This document shows positions 41,336-51,482 of a DNA stretch of 64,000 bases, one piece after another (positions within the stretch are counted from its first letter, which is position 1; each line of letters opens with the position of its first letter). A program made the position numbers and the translations under genes. The notes beneath the pieces are model-generated. The model saw nothing but the letters and a program-made list of their open reading frames with translations. It was not told where the DNA came from and did not search any database. The stretch spans positions 4,000,001-4,064,000 of the forward strand of contig OZ245002.1 of the NCBI GenBank assembly GCA_965223415.1, read 5' to 3'. This DNA comes from Myxococcota bacterium. GTDB taxonomy: Bacteria > Myxococcota_A > UBA9160 > UBA6930.

Positions 41336-44317
41336 ATGATCTACGAGATCGGTGATCTTCGGCTCGACGCGGCCCGCTTCTCTCTCTCGAACGAGGGCAC
41401 GCCCATTCCGCTGGAGCCGAAACCGCTTCGGCTGCTCCTCTACCTTGCCGCCCGGCACCCCGCCGGCGCGACTCGCCAGCAACTCCTCCATGCGCTCTGG
41501 CCTGGTGAGCAAGTCACCGACTCGTCTTTGAGTCGAGCCGTGCATGTCCTGCGGGCCGCACTCGGGCCTGAGACACGCGCTCTCGTGGAGACCGTTCGTG
41601 GCCATGGCTATCGGCTGGACGCGAGCGTCAAGCGGGTCGCAAGCGATCCGCGGAGTCCCCAGCCTGATCCGTTCGTCGGCCGCCGACAGGAGATGATCGA
41701 GCTCCGCGCCATGCTCGAGGGAGCCGTCGCCGGACACGGCAGAACAGCGATCATCTGTGGAGAGCCGGGAATCGGCAAGACGCGGCTTGCTCGCGAGGTG
41801 TCCGACATCGCCAAGATCCAGGGATTCGATGTGTTGTGGGCTCGCGCCCACGAGTATGGGGATGCGCGGGCGCTCTGGCCGTGGTCTCAGATCCTGGAGT
41901 CGCTCGTGCAGAGGCAGGGCCTTTCAACGGTGGTTGCGTTGGCGGGGGAGCACGGGGCCATGCTCGGATCGCTTCTCCCCGAGCTTGGCGATCCTTCGTT
42001 CGCCGCCATCCGAGGTGAGAGCAACGATCGCGCCGCGCGAGTTCGCCTCTTCGACGAGATCGACAGACTCATTCGCCTGGCGGCCCGAGATCGGCCGATT
42101 CTTGCCGTCCTCGACGACATCGACCGGGCCGACGACGACTCGATCTCGCTCTTCAACTTCGTCGCTTCGTCGATTCGACGAGCGAGAGCCGTCGTCCTTG
42201 CCACATCCAGGAAAGACGACGCCACCGAGAGCCGATTCGCTGACTCGTTGGGACCAGCCGGCGAACCGGCCGCTTCGCGCGCTTGCTGGGTTCGGCTCGG
42301 CGGCCTGGAGCCGTCGGAGGCGCGCCAGGTGATTCGAGCGTATCGCGGTGAGGACGTCCCCGAAGGCATGGCTACGGGGTGGGTGGAGCGCGCCGCGGGA
42401 AACCCGCTCTTTCTTCGCGAGCTGGCGCGATCACCGGAGGAGCCAGCCCTGCCGAGGGGGGTGACTGCCGCGGTGGACAGGAGGCTCGCGCTGCTACCCA
42501 CGCGAACCCGGGAAGTTCTGGAGGCGGCGTCGGTCGCCGGTGATGACTTCGACCCCGTGCTCCTCGCGACCTCGCGAGCCGCGGACTGGGCCGAGATCCG
42601 GGCGATGATCGGGGACGCCCGGGTCGCTCACTGGGTGGAGCCGGTCGACGAAGCGCCTGGAGCGTGGCGCTTCGTCCACGATCTCCTCCGCGAAGCGGTC
42701 TACGACGGCGTATCCCCGACGAGGAAAGCAGCCCTGCACATGGCCTGGGCGGACACGGTCGAGAATCACGGGCCTCGGCGTCAACGGGCCGCCCGTGTCG
42801 CGCTCCACCTGGCACGAGGCGCCCGCTCCCGTGACGAGTTGCGTCGAGCCGCCTCGTGGGTGGAGAGGGCCGCGGACGAGTCCTCGGCTCAGCTCGCCTT
42901 CGAGGGCGCCGTCCGCCTCTACGACACCGCTCTCGAGTTCCTGACCCGCATCGACAAGGGAGGGTCGACCCGCGCCTTCAGCATGCGACTCCGGAAGGCC
43001 GTGGCCCTCGATCGCCTGGGTCGATCGCCCGAGGGTGACCAGGTTCGCTGGGAACTGCTGAGGGAAGCCAGCGGGCGTCGACTCCCTGGCCTGGTCATCG
43101 CGTCGGCGATCGGAATCGTGCAGCGTGCTTCCACGAGATCGAAGAGCGCTGAGGCCGTTCATTCACTTGACGAGGCCATCCTGACGCTGGCGGGAGTGCC
43201 GGACACGAGTGCCTTGGTTTCCCTCGCGTTGTCGCTTCGGGTGATGGCCGGCTACTGGGTGTCTCCCCAGGCGGATTCGACCGAGATGGCGGAGCGCGCG
43301 CTTCGCGGTGCGAGGGCCAGCGGCAATCGTCTGGCGATGCGCGAGGCTCTCAAGACTCGTCAATGGACTCTTGCCGCATCGCCGGACACTCACGGCGAGC
43401 TGGAGGTCACGAACGAGCGCCTGCGAACCGCCCTCGACAGCGGCGATCTGGTGGACGAGGCCTACAGTCGCTTCAACCTCGCCAGCATCGCGATCGAACT
43501 TGGCGACTCGAACGGCTTCGAACATCAACTCCGGCTGTGCGAGGCGGTCGCCGGGAGGTTGAGATACCACTTCGACCTGCGTTCGGAGGTGCTCGACGCG
43601 CGCTCGACCCAGGCGCTCTGGCGAGGAAAGGTCAAGGCTGCCGAGGCGCTGAACCGAAGGTATCGAGTCGTGGGTTCACGCCACGATCCCGAGCTCTCTG
43701 CCGCTCGCGCCGGCCTGAAGCTCTTCTCGATCCGTCGGGCACACGACCGGGCGCCGGAGCTGCTGGGTGGGTTGATGAACACGGCGGAGCAGCTCCTGCA
43801 CTCTCCCGAGCGGTCCCTCGTCAACACCAACCTCGCCTTGGCCTTGCTGGACGCCGGCAAGACCGACGAGTCGCACCTCGTCTTCAGCGATCTCGGCCGA
43901 AACGGATTCGACGGCGTCCCGCGTACTCCGATGTACCTCGTCGAGCTGGCGGGGTTGGCCGAGCTCGCAGCCAGACACCGCTGCGGAGCAGAGTGCGACG
44001 AGCTGTTCCGGCTCCTGCTTCCGTGGGCTGGACGATGCGTCCATGCCAGCACCACGATCGCCCTCGGATCGGTGGACCGAAGGCTCGCCCTCCTCTCTCA
44101 TGCGCGGGGAGACGGAAAGGGCGCAGAGCAGCTCTTCGAGTCAGCGCTCCTGATCGAGGAGCGGATGGGCAGTGCCATGGACGAGGCGCTGACTCGCTTC
44201 GACTACGCATCGATGCTGATCGATCGAGCCGCGCCCGGCGATCAAGTCATCGCCTTCGAACAAGCCGGAAGAGCACGGGAGATCTGCGATCGACTCGGAG
44301 CGCCATGCCGATCCTGA
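41336..44317 (+). CDS. OmpR-type winged-helix + AAA (STAND-like) ATPase + helical-repeat transcriptional regulator
   Basis: 'LLHALWP...SLSRAVHVLRAALG...ETVRGHGY', 'FVGR', GEPGIGKT, GNPLF and 'FVHDL'. Confidence 0.9.
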   Translation: MIYEIGDLRLDAARFSLSNEGTPIPLEPKPLRLLLYLAARHPAGATRQQLLHALWPGEQVTDSSLSRAVHVLRAALGPETRALVETVRGHGYRLDASVKRVASDPRSPQPDPFVGRRQEMIELRAMLEGAVAGHGRTAIICGEPGIGKTRLAREVSDIAKIQGFDVLWARAHEYGDARALWPWSQILESLVQRQGLSTVVALAGEHGAMLGSLLPELGDPSFAAIRGESNDRAARVRLFDEIDRLIRLAARDRPILAVLDDIDRADDDSISLFNFVASSIRRARAVVLATSRKDDATESRFADSLGPAGEPAASRACWVRLGGLEPSEARQVIRAYRGEDVPEGMATGWVERAAGNPLFLRELARSPEEPALPRGVTAAVDRRLALLPTRTREVLEAASVAGDDFDPVLLATSRAADWAEIRAMIGDARVAHWVEPVDEAPGAWRFVHDLLREAVYDGVSPTRKAALHMAWADTVENHGPRRQRAARVALHLARGARSRDELRRAASWVERAADESSAQLAFEGAVRLYDTALEFLTRIDKGGSTRAFSMRLRKAVALDRLGRSPEGDQVRWELLREASGRRLPGLVIASAIGIVQRASTRSKSAEAVHSLDEAILTLAGVPDTSALVSLALSLRVMAGYWVSPQADSTEMAERALRGARASGNRLAMREALKTRQWTLAASPDTHGELEVTNERLRTALDSGDLVDEAYSRFNLASIAIELGDSNGFEHQLRLCEAVAGRLRYHFDLRSEVLDARSTQALWRGKVKAAEALNRRYRVVGSRHDPELSAARAGLKLFSIRRAHDRAPELLGGLMNTAEQLLHSPERSLVNTNLALALLDAGKTDESHLVFSDLGRNGFDGVPRTPMYLVELAGLAELAARHRCGAECDELFRLLLPWAGRCVHASTTIALGSVDRRLALLSHARGDGKGAEQLFESALLIEERMGSAMDEALTRFDYASMLIDRAAPGDQVIAFEQAGRAREICDRLGAPCRS

Positions 44318-44345
44318 TCCGCTATTCGGCTATCCTCGAGCGGCA

Positions 44346-47345
44346 ATGCGTTTTCGGTTCCGAGACTTCGAGCTTGACACCGATGAGGTTGTCCTTCGAT
44401 GCGAGGGCGATCCGGTCAAGATCGAACCGAAGCCCCTACTGCTCCTGGTCCACTTGGCGCGCCGCCATCCTGCGAGTGTCTCGAAGGAGGAGCTCCTCCA
44501 CGCACTGTGGCCGAACGAGTACGTGGCCGAAGGGTCGTTGACTCGGGCTGTGCACGTTGCCAGACAGGCCCTGGGGCCGGCGGGCCGCCCCTTCCTCAAG
44601 ACGATTCGCGGCTACGGGTACCAGCTTTCCGGCGCCGTGTCCGAGTCACCGACGTCCCCCGCGGCTCCCCCCGCCGACAGGCCGTTTGTCGGGAGGGCGG
44701 CGGAGCTGGAGGCGTTGTCTGGTCAGCTTGCAGATGCGGAACACGCCAAGGGCGCCGTCTCGCTCCTGTCTGGCGAGCCGGGAATCGGCAAGACCCGGGT
44801 CGCCGAGGAGGTGTCGAAGATCGCGTCCGATCGGGGATTCGAGGTGGCCTGGGGTTCCGCGCGGGAAGGGGAGGGCGCCCCGGCACTCTGGCCGTGGGTT
44901 CAGGTCTTGCGGTCACTCGTTCGAGCTAGGGATCCCGTCCGGCTCGCCCAGGAACTCGGAAGAGGGGTCCCGGAAATCGCGGCACAGGTGCCCGAAGTCG
45001 TGGAGAAGCTCCCGAAGATCAGGATGCCCAAGGTCCTTCCGGCACAAGACCAACGGTTCCGGCTGTTCGATTCGGTGGCGCAGTTCCTTGCGCGTGCAAG
45101 CATGGCGAGACCACTTCTTCTGATCGTCGAGGACCTTCACGCGGTGGACGCGGCATCACTGCGGCTTCTCTGTTTCGCAGCGGCGGAACTCAGCGCGGCA
45201 CGAGTTGCGCTGCTGGCAACCTATCGGCACGTCGGCGCATCACGGAGCTCCGATCTCGAGAACGCGCGTGCGGAGCTTCGACGCCTTCCGAATGCCGCCG
45301 CAGAACTACGCTTGCCCGGCCTGAACGTGACGGAAGCCAGCTCCCTGCTGACCGCCCTGGGCCGCGAGGCAGGTGCCAGCCCCGAGATCGAGGCGCTCGT
45401 GTCGAGGACCGCCGGGAACCCGTTCTACCTGCTGTCGCTTGCCCGCGCCTCGAGCCCCGGAAGGCAGGCGAATCTCCGCGAGAGCCTCGAGCATCGTCTC
45501 TCGTCGGTCGGCAAGGTCTCGCGCTGCGTCTTGGAAATCGCGGCCGTCCTCGGTCGCGACTTCGAGATTCGCTTGCTCACTACTGTGCTCGGGAAGACCG
45601 CCGACGCAGCATGGCCCGCTCTCGAAGAGGCCGAGCGCGCTGGACTGGTCGCGCCCGTTCCGCAACGGTCGGTCCCAACGTGGAGCTTCGTGCACGCGTT
45701 AGTCCAGGAGGCCTGCTACGAGGCCCTCGGAACCCCCCGGAAGGCGGAGCTTCATCTTCTGTGCGCGGATGCGATCGAAGAGCGCCAAAACACACGAGAA
45801 ACGGAGCAGGGCGCTCCGGAGATTGCGCACCACCTGCTCCTTCACGTACGCAACGGCGATCCCCCGGAGCCAGTTCGCGAAAGGGCCGTCCGGAGTCTGC
45901 TTCGGGCGGCCGAAGAGGCCGCAGCGAGAACCGCCTTCGAGTCTGCCGCCCAACTGCTCGAATCCGCAGCCGAGCTGGCTTCATCGCGGCGCCGGCGCTT
46001 GCGCTACCTGTTCGAGTCCGCGCGGGCATGGAGCGCTGCCGGCGCGTTGGAGAATGCGAACGCCCGAGCTCAAGAGACGATCGATTCCACCCAGCACGAG
46101 GCGCATGTCGATTTGATGGCTGACGCCTTGCTCCTCATGCATGACCTGAACGAGAGCCCGATTCCCAAGGTGGGACTCGCAGGGCCCCTTCGCGAAGCGC
46201 TTGCAATGCTCCCGCCAGGCGATTTCGCTCGTCGCGCTCGAATCCTGGGCGCCCTCTCGAGCGTCCTTTATTGGGAGGGGGACCGGTCGAAGGCAAAGGA
46301 GCTGCGATTCGAGGCCATCCGATCGGCTCGCAAGGGAGGGGATCGTCGCCTGATCCTCGAGCTACTGGATCCCGTAACGCTCGGCGTGTTCTGGAACGAC
46401 GCTGAACTTCGGTCACTTGTCGAGGAAAAGGTGGCGATCGCCGAGCGGCTCGGAGATCCAGTGTGCTCGTACACCGCCGAGCTGGCGAACCTCCACTGGG
46501 AAATGAGGCGCGGTGAAGTGCCTCGGATACTCACCCAGGCCGAACGCCTCACCCGGTCGGCCGAGCGGCTCGGTACGCCTCGTCATGCCGCGGCCGGCCT
46601 GCGCGCCAGCGCTGCAATCGCGCTATGGCGCGGGGACCTCGCACGGGCTGAGGAGCTGGCGAAGGCGGCCCTTCGCGAAGGTAGACGTAGCGACTCGGTG
46701 CGAGCGATGATGGCGGCGGGAATTCAGATGTTCTGGATCCTGCGCTTTCGGGGTGACCACGCGAGCCTTGAAACGGCGGCGCGTGAGGGAGTCGAGCGCT
46801 GGCCGGCGGTGCGAACCTACCGGGTCTCGCTCGGCCTTCTTCTAGCGGACCGTGGGCGCCTGAGCGAGGCACGCTCTCAGCTGGAGGCGGCGGACCTTCG
46901 GTCACTCCCTGAAGACACGATGTATGCGTTGAACCTCGCGATGGCATCCGAGCTCTGCGCTAGCGTCGGCGACGCCCAGTTGGCGGAGCATCTCTACTCC
47001 AGGCTGGAGCGGCTCCACCCAATTCTCATCCACTCCTTGGAGGACGTGGCCCTTGGCTCCTCCGGGAGATTCCTCGGCCTGCTCTCGCGTCACATGGGAC
47101 GCTTGGACGCGGCGGAGACGTGGCTCGAGGAGGCGTGCGCGTTCGAGGTCCGAGCGAGTGCGCGTCCATTCGAGGCGCTCGGGTGCTACGAGCTTGCCCA
47201 GCTCCTGGTCGAGCGCGGCGGCCCCGGGGACCATGAACGGGGCAGGCGACATCTCGGCCGCGCGCTCGCGATCGCGAGGGAGGTGGGAATGATCCCCCTG
47301 GCCAGGCGCGCCGAGCGGCTGTTCGGTCAGAGGGAATTGCAGTAG
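44346..47345 (+). CDS. Second OmpR-type winged-helix + AAA ATPase regulator (paralogue)
   Basis: Same architecture: 'LLHALWP', 'KTIRGYGY', GEPGIGKT, VEDLH, GNPFY and 'FVHAL'. Confidence 0.9.
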   Translation: MRFRFRDFELDTDEVVLRCEGDPVKIEPKPLLLLVHLARRHPASVSKEELLHALWPNEYVAEGSLTRAVHVARQALGPAGRPFLKTIRGYGYQLSGAVSESPTSPAAPPADRPFVGRAAELEALSGQLADAEHAKGAVSLLSGEPGIGKTRVAEEVSKIASDRGFEVAWGSAREGEGAPALWPWVQVLRSLVRARDPVRLAQELGRGVPEIAAQVPEVVEKLPKIRMPKVLPAQDQRFRLFDSVAQFLARASMARPLLLIVEDLHAVDAASLRLLCFAAAELSAARVALLATYRHVGASRSSDLENARAELRRLPNAAAELRLPGLNVTEASSLLTALGREAGASPEIEALVSRTAGNPFYLLSLARASSPGRQANLRESLEHRLSSVGKVSRCVLEIAAVLGRDFEIRLLTTVLGKTADAAWPALEEAERAGLVAPVPQRSVPTWSFVHALVQEACYEALGTPRKAELHLLCADAIEERQNTRETEQGAPEIAHHLLLHVRNGDPPEPVRERAVRSLLRAAEEAAARTAFESAAQLLESAAELASSRRRRLRYLFESARAWSAAGALENANARAQETIDSTQHEAHVDLMADALLLMHDLNESPIPKVGLAGPLREALAMLPPGDFARRARILGALSSVLYWEGDRSKAKELRFEAIRSARKGGDRRLILELLDPVTLGVFWNDAELRSLVEEKVAIAERLGDPVCSYTAELANLHWEMRRGEVPRILTQAERLTRSAERLGTPRHAAAGLRASAAIALWRGDLARAEELAKAALREGRRSDSVRAMMAAGIQMFWILRFRGDHASLETAAREGVERWPAVRTYRVSLGLLLADRGRLSEARSQLEAADLRSLPEDTMYALNLAMASELCASVGDAQLAEHLYSRLERLHPILIHSLEDVALGSSGRFLGLLSRHMGRLDAAETWLEEACAFEVRASARPFEALGCYELAQLLVERGGPGDHERGRRHLGRALAIAREVGMIPLARRAERLFGQRELQ

Positions 47346-47415
47346 TCGCAACTTCCCTCGACCGGAACCAACCGACTCCGCCCGTGTCCAGAGGGGCGTC
47401 TCGCATGCGCGGAGG

Positions 47416-48789
47416 TCACGCTGGCGCGTCTACCTCGTACACTCTCACCGGGTAGTGCAAGCCCTTCACCGCGATCTCTCCGCGTGGCTCGCAGGAAACG
47501 CGGTCCCTCACGAGGGCCCAGGTGGTGTGACTGATCAGCACTCTTCCCGGGGCGCAGTGATCCTGGATGCGAGCCGTGAGGTTCGTCTGATTGCCGATTG
47601 CGGAGTACGTCTTCCGACCCTCGGAGCCGAAATCGCCGACGCTCGCGACGCCGGTGTTGATCCCGACGCGGATGCGAAAGGGTGTTTCGATCCCCTCCGA
47701 GAACCACTTCTCACCGAGCTCCGACATGCGCGTCTGCATTGCCAGTGACATCTCGACGGCACGCATCGCATGGTCCTGGTCGCAAGTGGCCTCGGGAGCA
47801 CCGAAGAACATCATGATCCCGTCGCCGACGAACTGGTTGACCGTGGCACCGAACCCGGCGGCGATGCTCGACATCTCCGAGAGGTACTCGTTCAGGAGAG
47901 AAGCGAGGTCCTCGGGCTCCATCTGGTCGGCCGCCTGCGTGAATCCGACGACATCCGAGAAGAAGAGCGTCAGCTTGCGCCGCTCCGGGCGGCCGTCGGC
48001 GGCATGAGCCCCGGAGAGAATCCGCTCGGCGAGTTGCTCCGGGATGTACCGCCGGATCACGCCGTTGGCCTTCGCCAACTGGCTCCGCGCCTCGGCAAGG
48101 GCCGACTCGCGGTCGTGCCAGCGGTCGATCACGAGGTAGATGATCGTGGCGCAGAACAGGAACAGCAATGCGGTCACGCCACCGGTGTTGAACAGCCAGG
48201 AGGAGTGCAGCTCCCCGGATCGGTAAGGGGCTTCCCGGAAGAGCGGTGCGTAGGGGATGAGGCCCAGTCCTTCCATCACCCCGAGACCGATCAAGCCCAG
48301 GAGGATGGCGCCGGCCGCAGCGTTCATGGCGCTCTTCTCGAAGAGCACGAAGCCGATGGCGAGGCAGGTGATCACCACCAGGCCCGCGAACAGGCTCGTG
48401 ATGTGGCCGAAGAAGTAGGACCCGTAGAGGATCTCCCATACCGCTAGAGCCAGGGTTCCGAAGATCAGTCCCGGGGGAGTCCGGCTCCGACTCCGCGCCG
48501 CCAGGGAAGCGATCGCCACCAAGGCCCAGGCGCTGATCGTGAGCGTCTGCACCCTCAATGCGGTGGGGAGGAATCCCACATCCATGTAGGGCGCGGAGTC
48601 CGGATGAAGGCGCACGTAGGACCAATCGGCCCAGTACCAGAGCGTGGGCGTCAGGAACGCGACCGCCACGAAGAGGCACTTGCTCGCTCCCGTCCATGCC
48701 ATCGGGTCGCGGAGAGCGCTCCAGGCGGCGGTGGTGGCGGCCGACCCAGCGCCCCCTTCGCGTTCCTTGCCCGATTCGGGAGCTCTCAT
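47416..48789 (-). CDS. Membrane-bound class III adenylate/guanylate cyclase
   Basis: About 6 TM helices, then 'FFSDVVGFT', 'FVGDGIM', 'RVGINTG' and 'GNQTNLTARIQ'. Confidence 0.92.
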   Translation of the reverse strand: MRAPESGKEREGGAGSAATTAAWSALRDPMAWTGASKCLFVAVAFLTPTLWYWADWSYVRLHPDSAPYMDVGFLPTALRVQTLTISAWALVAIASLAARSRSRTPPGLIFGTLALAVWEILYGSYFFGHITSLFAGLVVITCLAIGFVLFEKSAMNAAAGAILLGLIGLGVMEGLGLIPYAPLFREAPYRSGELHSSWLFNTGGVTALLFLFCATIIYLVIDRWHDRESALAEARSQLAKANGVIRRYIPEQLAERILSGAHAADGRPERRKLTLFFSDVVGFTQAADQMEPEDLASLLNEYLSEMSSIAAGFGATVNQFVGDGIMMFFGAPEATCDQDHAMRAVEMSLAMQTRMSELGEKWFSEGIETPFRIRVGINTGVASVGDFGSEGRKTYSAIGNQTNLTARIQDHCAPGRVLISHTTWALVRDRVSCEPRGEIAVKGLHYPVRVYEVDAPA

Positions 48790-49070
48790 CGATATGACGT
48801 CCCGGCCTCGCAGCCACCGCGGGAAACCCGTCCGAGCGAATCCCTGCTCGACGGTTCAGCCATCCCTCACCCGGGGATGACCGTAGCAGGTATCCACCTG
48901 GCTCCGGCCGGCGGTGCTCCGAGATCAGCATGCGTAGAGAAGGCGAAAGCGCCCTGGAGCGATGCGTTTCGGCTGGGTTCCTCGGCGGTGTTCGCACTCA
49001 CGTCGTAGGGCGCCGTCTCCCGGCCACCCCCATGGAGGTTCGTGGCGGCGACCATGTCGGATCGGGGCTA

Positions 49071-50282
49071 GTGTCCTGTTTCGGAAAAAAATACGCAAAA
49101 TAGTGCGAACTCCCAACGTGCAGGGGGCATCTTACCGGCATCACGTTGGGGGGACGTATGGCGAATCGTGGCCGGCCCAAGACGCCGATTGTGCTGACGG
49201 ATGCGGAGCGAGAAGAGCTCCAGACGCACGCCAGAAGGCGGAAGAGCGCGCATCAGTTGGCCTACCGCTCGCGCATTGTATTGCTCGCAGAGCAGGGGCT
49301 GACGAATGGGGAAATCGCGGAACGCGTAGGCAAGCGACGAGAGACCGTCGGGATCTGGCGCAAGCGCTTCGTCGAAAAGCGGATCGCTGGGCTCTACGAC
49401 GAGCCCAAGCCGGGAGCGCCCCGGACGGTGACCGACGAGCAGGTCGATGAGGTCGTGCGCTTGACGCTAGAGGAAACGCCCACGGGAGCGACGCACTGGT
49501 CCGTTCGCCTGATGGCGAAGCGGGTAGGCCTCCCGACGACGACGGTTCATCGCATCTGGCGAGCATTCAGCCTCCAGCCGCACCGAGTCGAGCGCTTCCG
49601 GCTCTCCAACGATCCCCATTTTGTGGACAAGGTGGTGGATATCGTCGGCCTGTACATGTCTCCGCCGGCGAACGCGGTCGTCCTCTGCGTCGACGAGAAA
49701 TCGCAGATCCAAGCGCTGGAACGGAACCAGCCTGTCTTGCCGATGCAACCGGGCCGGGCGGAGCAGCGCACACACGGATACCTACGCCATGGCACGACGA
49801 CACTCTTTGCCGCACTCAACATCGCAACGGGCGAAGTGATCGGATCCCTCCATCGCCGGCACCGCACGGAGGAGTTCCTGAAGTTCCTCAGGACGATCGA
49901 CGACAACGTACCCGCCGAACTCGACATCCATCTCGTGCTCGACAACTACACCACGCACAAGACGAAGCGAACTCGGAGCTGGCTCGCGCGCCACCCTCGT
50001 TTCCACGTGCACTTCACCCCGACGTACAGCTCATGGCTGAATCAGGTCGAGCGGTTCTTTGCACTCATCACCGAGCGTTGCATCCGTCGCGGCGTGCATC
50101 GCAGCACGAGGGCGCTCGAGAACGACATCCGGAGCTTCCTGAAGACGACGAACGACGATCCGAGACCCTTCGTCTGGACCAAGACCGCGGATCAGATCCT
50201 CGCGAGTGTGCGGCGCTACTGTGGTCGCGTCCTCGACGTCCACTCCGATTCTAATCGAGTGGTTTCTTCTGGAACAGGACAC
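49071..50282 (+). mobile_element. IS630 family insertion sequence
   Basis: Terminal inverted repeats GTGTCCTGTT... (17/20 match). Flanked by TA at 49069-70 and 50283-84, each in a CTAG context. Confidence 0.93.
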
Positions 50283-50285
50283 TAG
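49158..50285 (+). CDS. IS630 transposase
   Basis: 'VDEKSQIQ', 'YLRHGT', 'LDNYTTH' and '[14 protein letters not shown]'. Confidence 0.95.
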   Translation: MANRGRPKTPIVLTDAEREELQTHARRRKSAHQLAYRSRIVLLAEQGLTNGEIAERVGKRRETVGIWRKRFVEKRIAGLYDEPKPGAPRTVTDEQVDEVVRLTLEETPTGATHWSVRLMAKRVGLPTTTVHRIWRAFSLQPHRVERFRLSNDPHFVDKVVDIVGLYMSPPANAVVLCVDEKSQIQALERNQPVLPMQPGRAEQRTHGYLRHGTTTLFAALNIATGEVIGSLHRRHRTEEFLKFLRTIDDNVPAELDIHLVLDNYTTHKTKRTRSWLARHPRFHVHFTPTYSSWLNQVERFFALITERCIRRGVHRSTRALENDIRSFLKTTNDDPRPFVWTKTADQILASVRRYCGRVLDVHSDSNRVVSSGTGH

Positions 50286-51076
50286 CGGCGGCGCCTCCCC
50301 GCCATGGCGAGAGCGGCCAGACCGACGCCGAGGAGGAGCAGTGTTTGCGGCTCCGGAACGGAGGAGGTGAAGTTCAGGCGAAGGGCCGTCGCGCTCGCGG
50401 TTCGACTGTTCTGGGTGTCGCACGTGCCCAGCCTTCCCCTGCATACCGAAAGAACGATCGGCGCCACGAGCGTCACTGAGCCGCCGCCGCCGGCGGTGAG
50501 GTTGAACGAACCCGTCGTCGCGAACGACGGCAGGGCTACGCTCATGTGGGTCGCTCCGCCGATGGTCGTCGTCGTGCCGAAGAGGGACGCGAAGACATAG
50601 GAGCCCGGACTCCAACGGAAGAACGAAGCGGCTATGGAGGCCCTCGATCCGAGGAAGGTCGTGCCGAATCCCGTCGTCACACCGCTCGCGCCGATGCTGA
50701 GCGGGATGGACCAGAGCTGCACCGGCAGCGTGGCGTCCTGGACCAGTCCCAGTTTCCCTGCAACTCCCGGGAAGGCAGAGGCGAAGCCCGCCGAGTAGGC
50801 CACGATGGTCTGGCTCCCTCCAAGGGTCTGCGTCGTGGTGAACGGCCACGGGGAGCCGGGGACCACAGTCGTGAGCGACACTGGCGTCAGACTGATGCTC
50901 GCCGTGATCTGGCTGCCGGTCGAGTTGCCCGTTGCAAGCAGGCTGCCGCCAGCGGTGGTCAGGGTGAACGGCGAGCCCTGGAAAGAACCGAACCAGGTCG
51001 CCGAGGACAGGGTGCCAGCCGACGCCGTGGCCGCGCTGACCAGCACGGTCAGCACGAGAATCATGGACTTGCGCAC
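50282..51076 (-). CDS. PEP-CTERM sorting-signal secreted protein
   Basis: Signal peptide, Ser/Thr/Gly-rich body and C-terminal '[25 protein letters not shown]'. Confidence 0.9.
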   Translation of the reverse strand: MRKSMILVLTVLVSAATASAGTLSSATWFGSFQGSPFTLTTAGGSLLATGNSTGSQITASISLTPVSLTTVVPGSPWPFTTTQTLGGSQTIVAYSAGFASAFPGVAGKLGLVQDATLPVQLWSIPLSIGASGVTTGFGTTFLGSRASIAASFFRWSPGSYVFASLFGTTTTIGGATHMSVALPSFATTGSFNLTAGGGGSVTLVAPIVLSVCRGRLGTCDTQNSRTASATALRLNFTSSVPEPQTLLLLGVGLAALAMAGRRRR

Positions 51077-51172
51077 TTGTCGTTCTCCTGGCCCGTGTCG
51101 AAACTCGGCGCCACGACTGAGCCTCCGGTGGTCGATCTGCAGCCGCCAGACTAAGCATCCGCATGGCCCGGC

Positions 51173-51193
51173 GACCTTACGGTTTGCTGATCA
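51173..51193 (-). promoter_or_regulatory. Conserved upstream box TGATCAGCAAACCGTAAGGTC (copy 3)
   Basis: Identical to 39696-39716. TAGTCT lies 22 nt downstream of CGTAAG. About 97 bp upstream of the PEP-CTERM gene. Confidence 0.75.
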
Positions 51194-51330
51194 TCGGATC
51201 GGAGCGGCCCCCCGCGTGCACGGGAGTGTTCGGTACGGCGGGCGCTGGATCGTCCACCCGCCGCGAATTCGGGGTCCGGCTTCCCCTCGGGGGCAGCGCT
51301 CCGCCCCTGCTCCTACGGCATCCTGCTCAT

Positions 51331-51482
51331 CCGCAGCTTGAACGTCTTCCACACCTCGCGGTACCGTCCGCCCTTTCCGACGAACGGATGGAGACCCGAT
51401 GGCACTCTTGGACGGAAAGGTCGCGCTGGTCACCGGCGCAGGTGGTGGGCTCGGACGTGAGCATGCGCTGGCGTTGGCTCGC
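51331..51482 (+). repeat. Right copy of ~153-bp direct repeat
   Basis: Matches 36664-36817 and includes the RBS and start of the intact SDR gene. Confidence 0.95.

Larger units (their letters stand above)
36818..51330. mobile_element. Putative genomic island between the direct repeats; no integrase recognised
   Basis: Flanking duplication, visibly more A/T-ending codons than the flanks, accessory gene content and an IS630 element. Confidence 0.65.

Noticed and set aside
41336..47345. Avs-type anti-phage STAND system
   Set aside because: The N-termini are OmpR-type DNA-binding domains, not nuclease, protease or SIR2 effectors. Transcriptional regulators are the simpler reading.
48923..48938. 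GATCAGCATGCGTAGA as a fourth copy of the island box
   Set aside because: The spacer is one base short, the second half-site is imperfect, and it points away from the adjacent cyclase gene.
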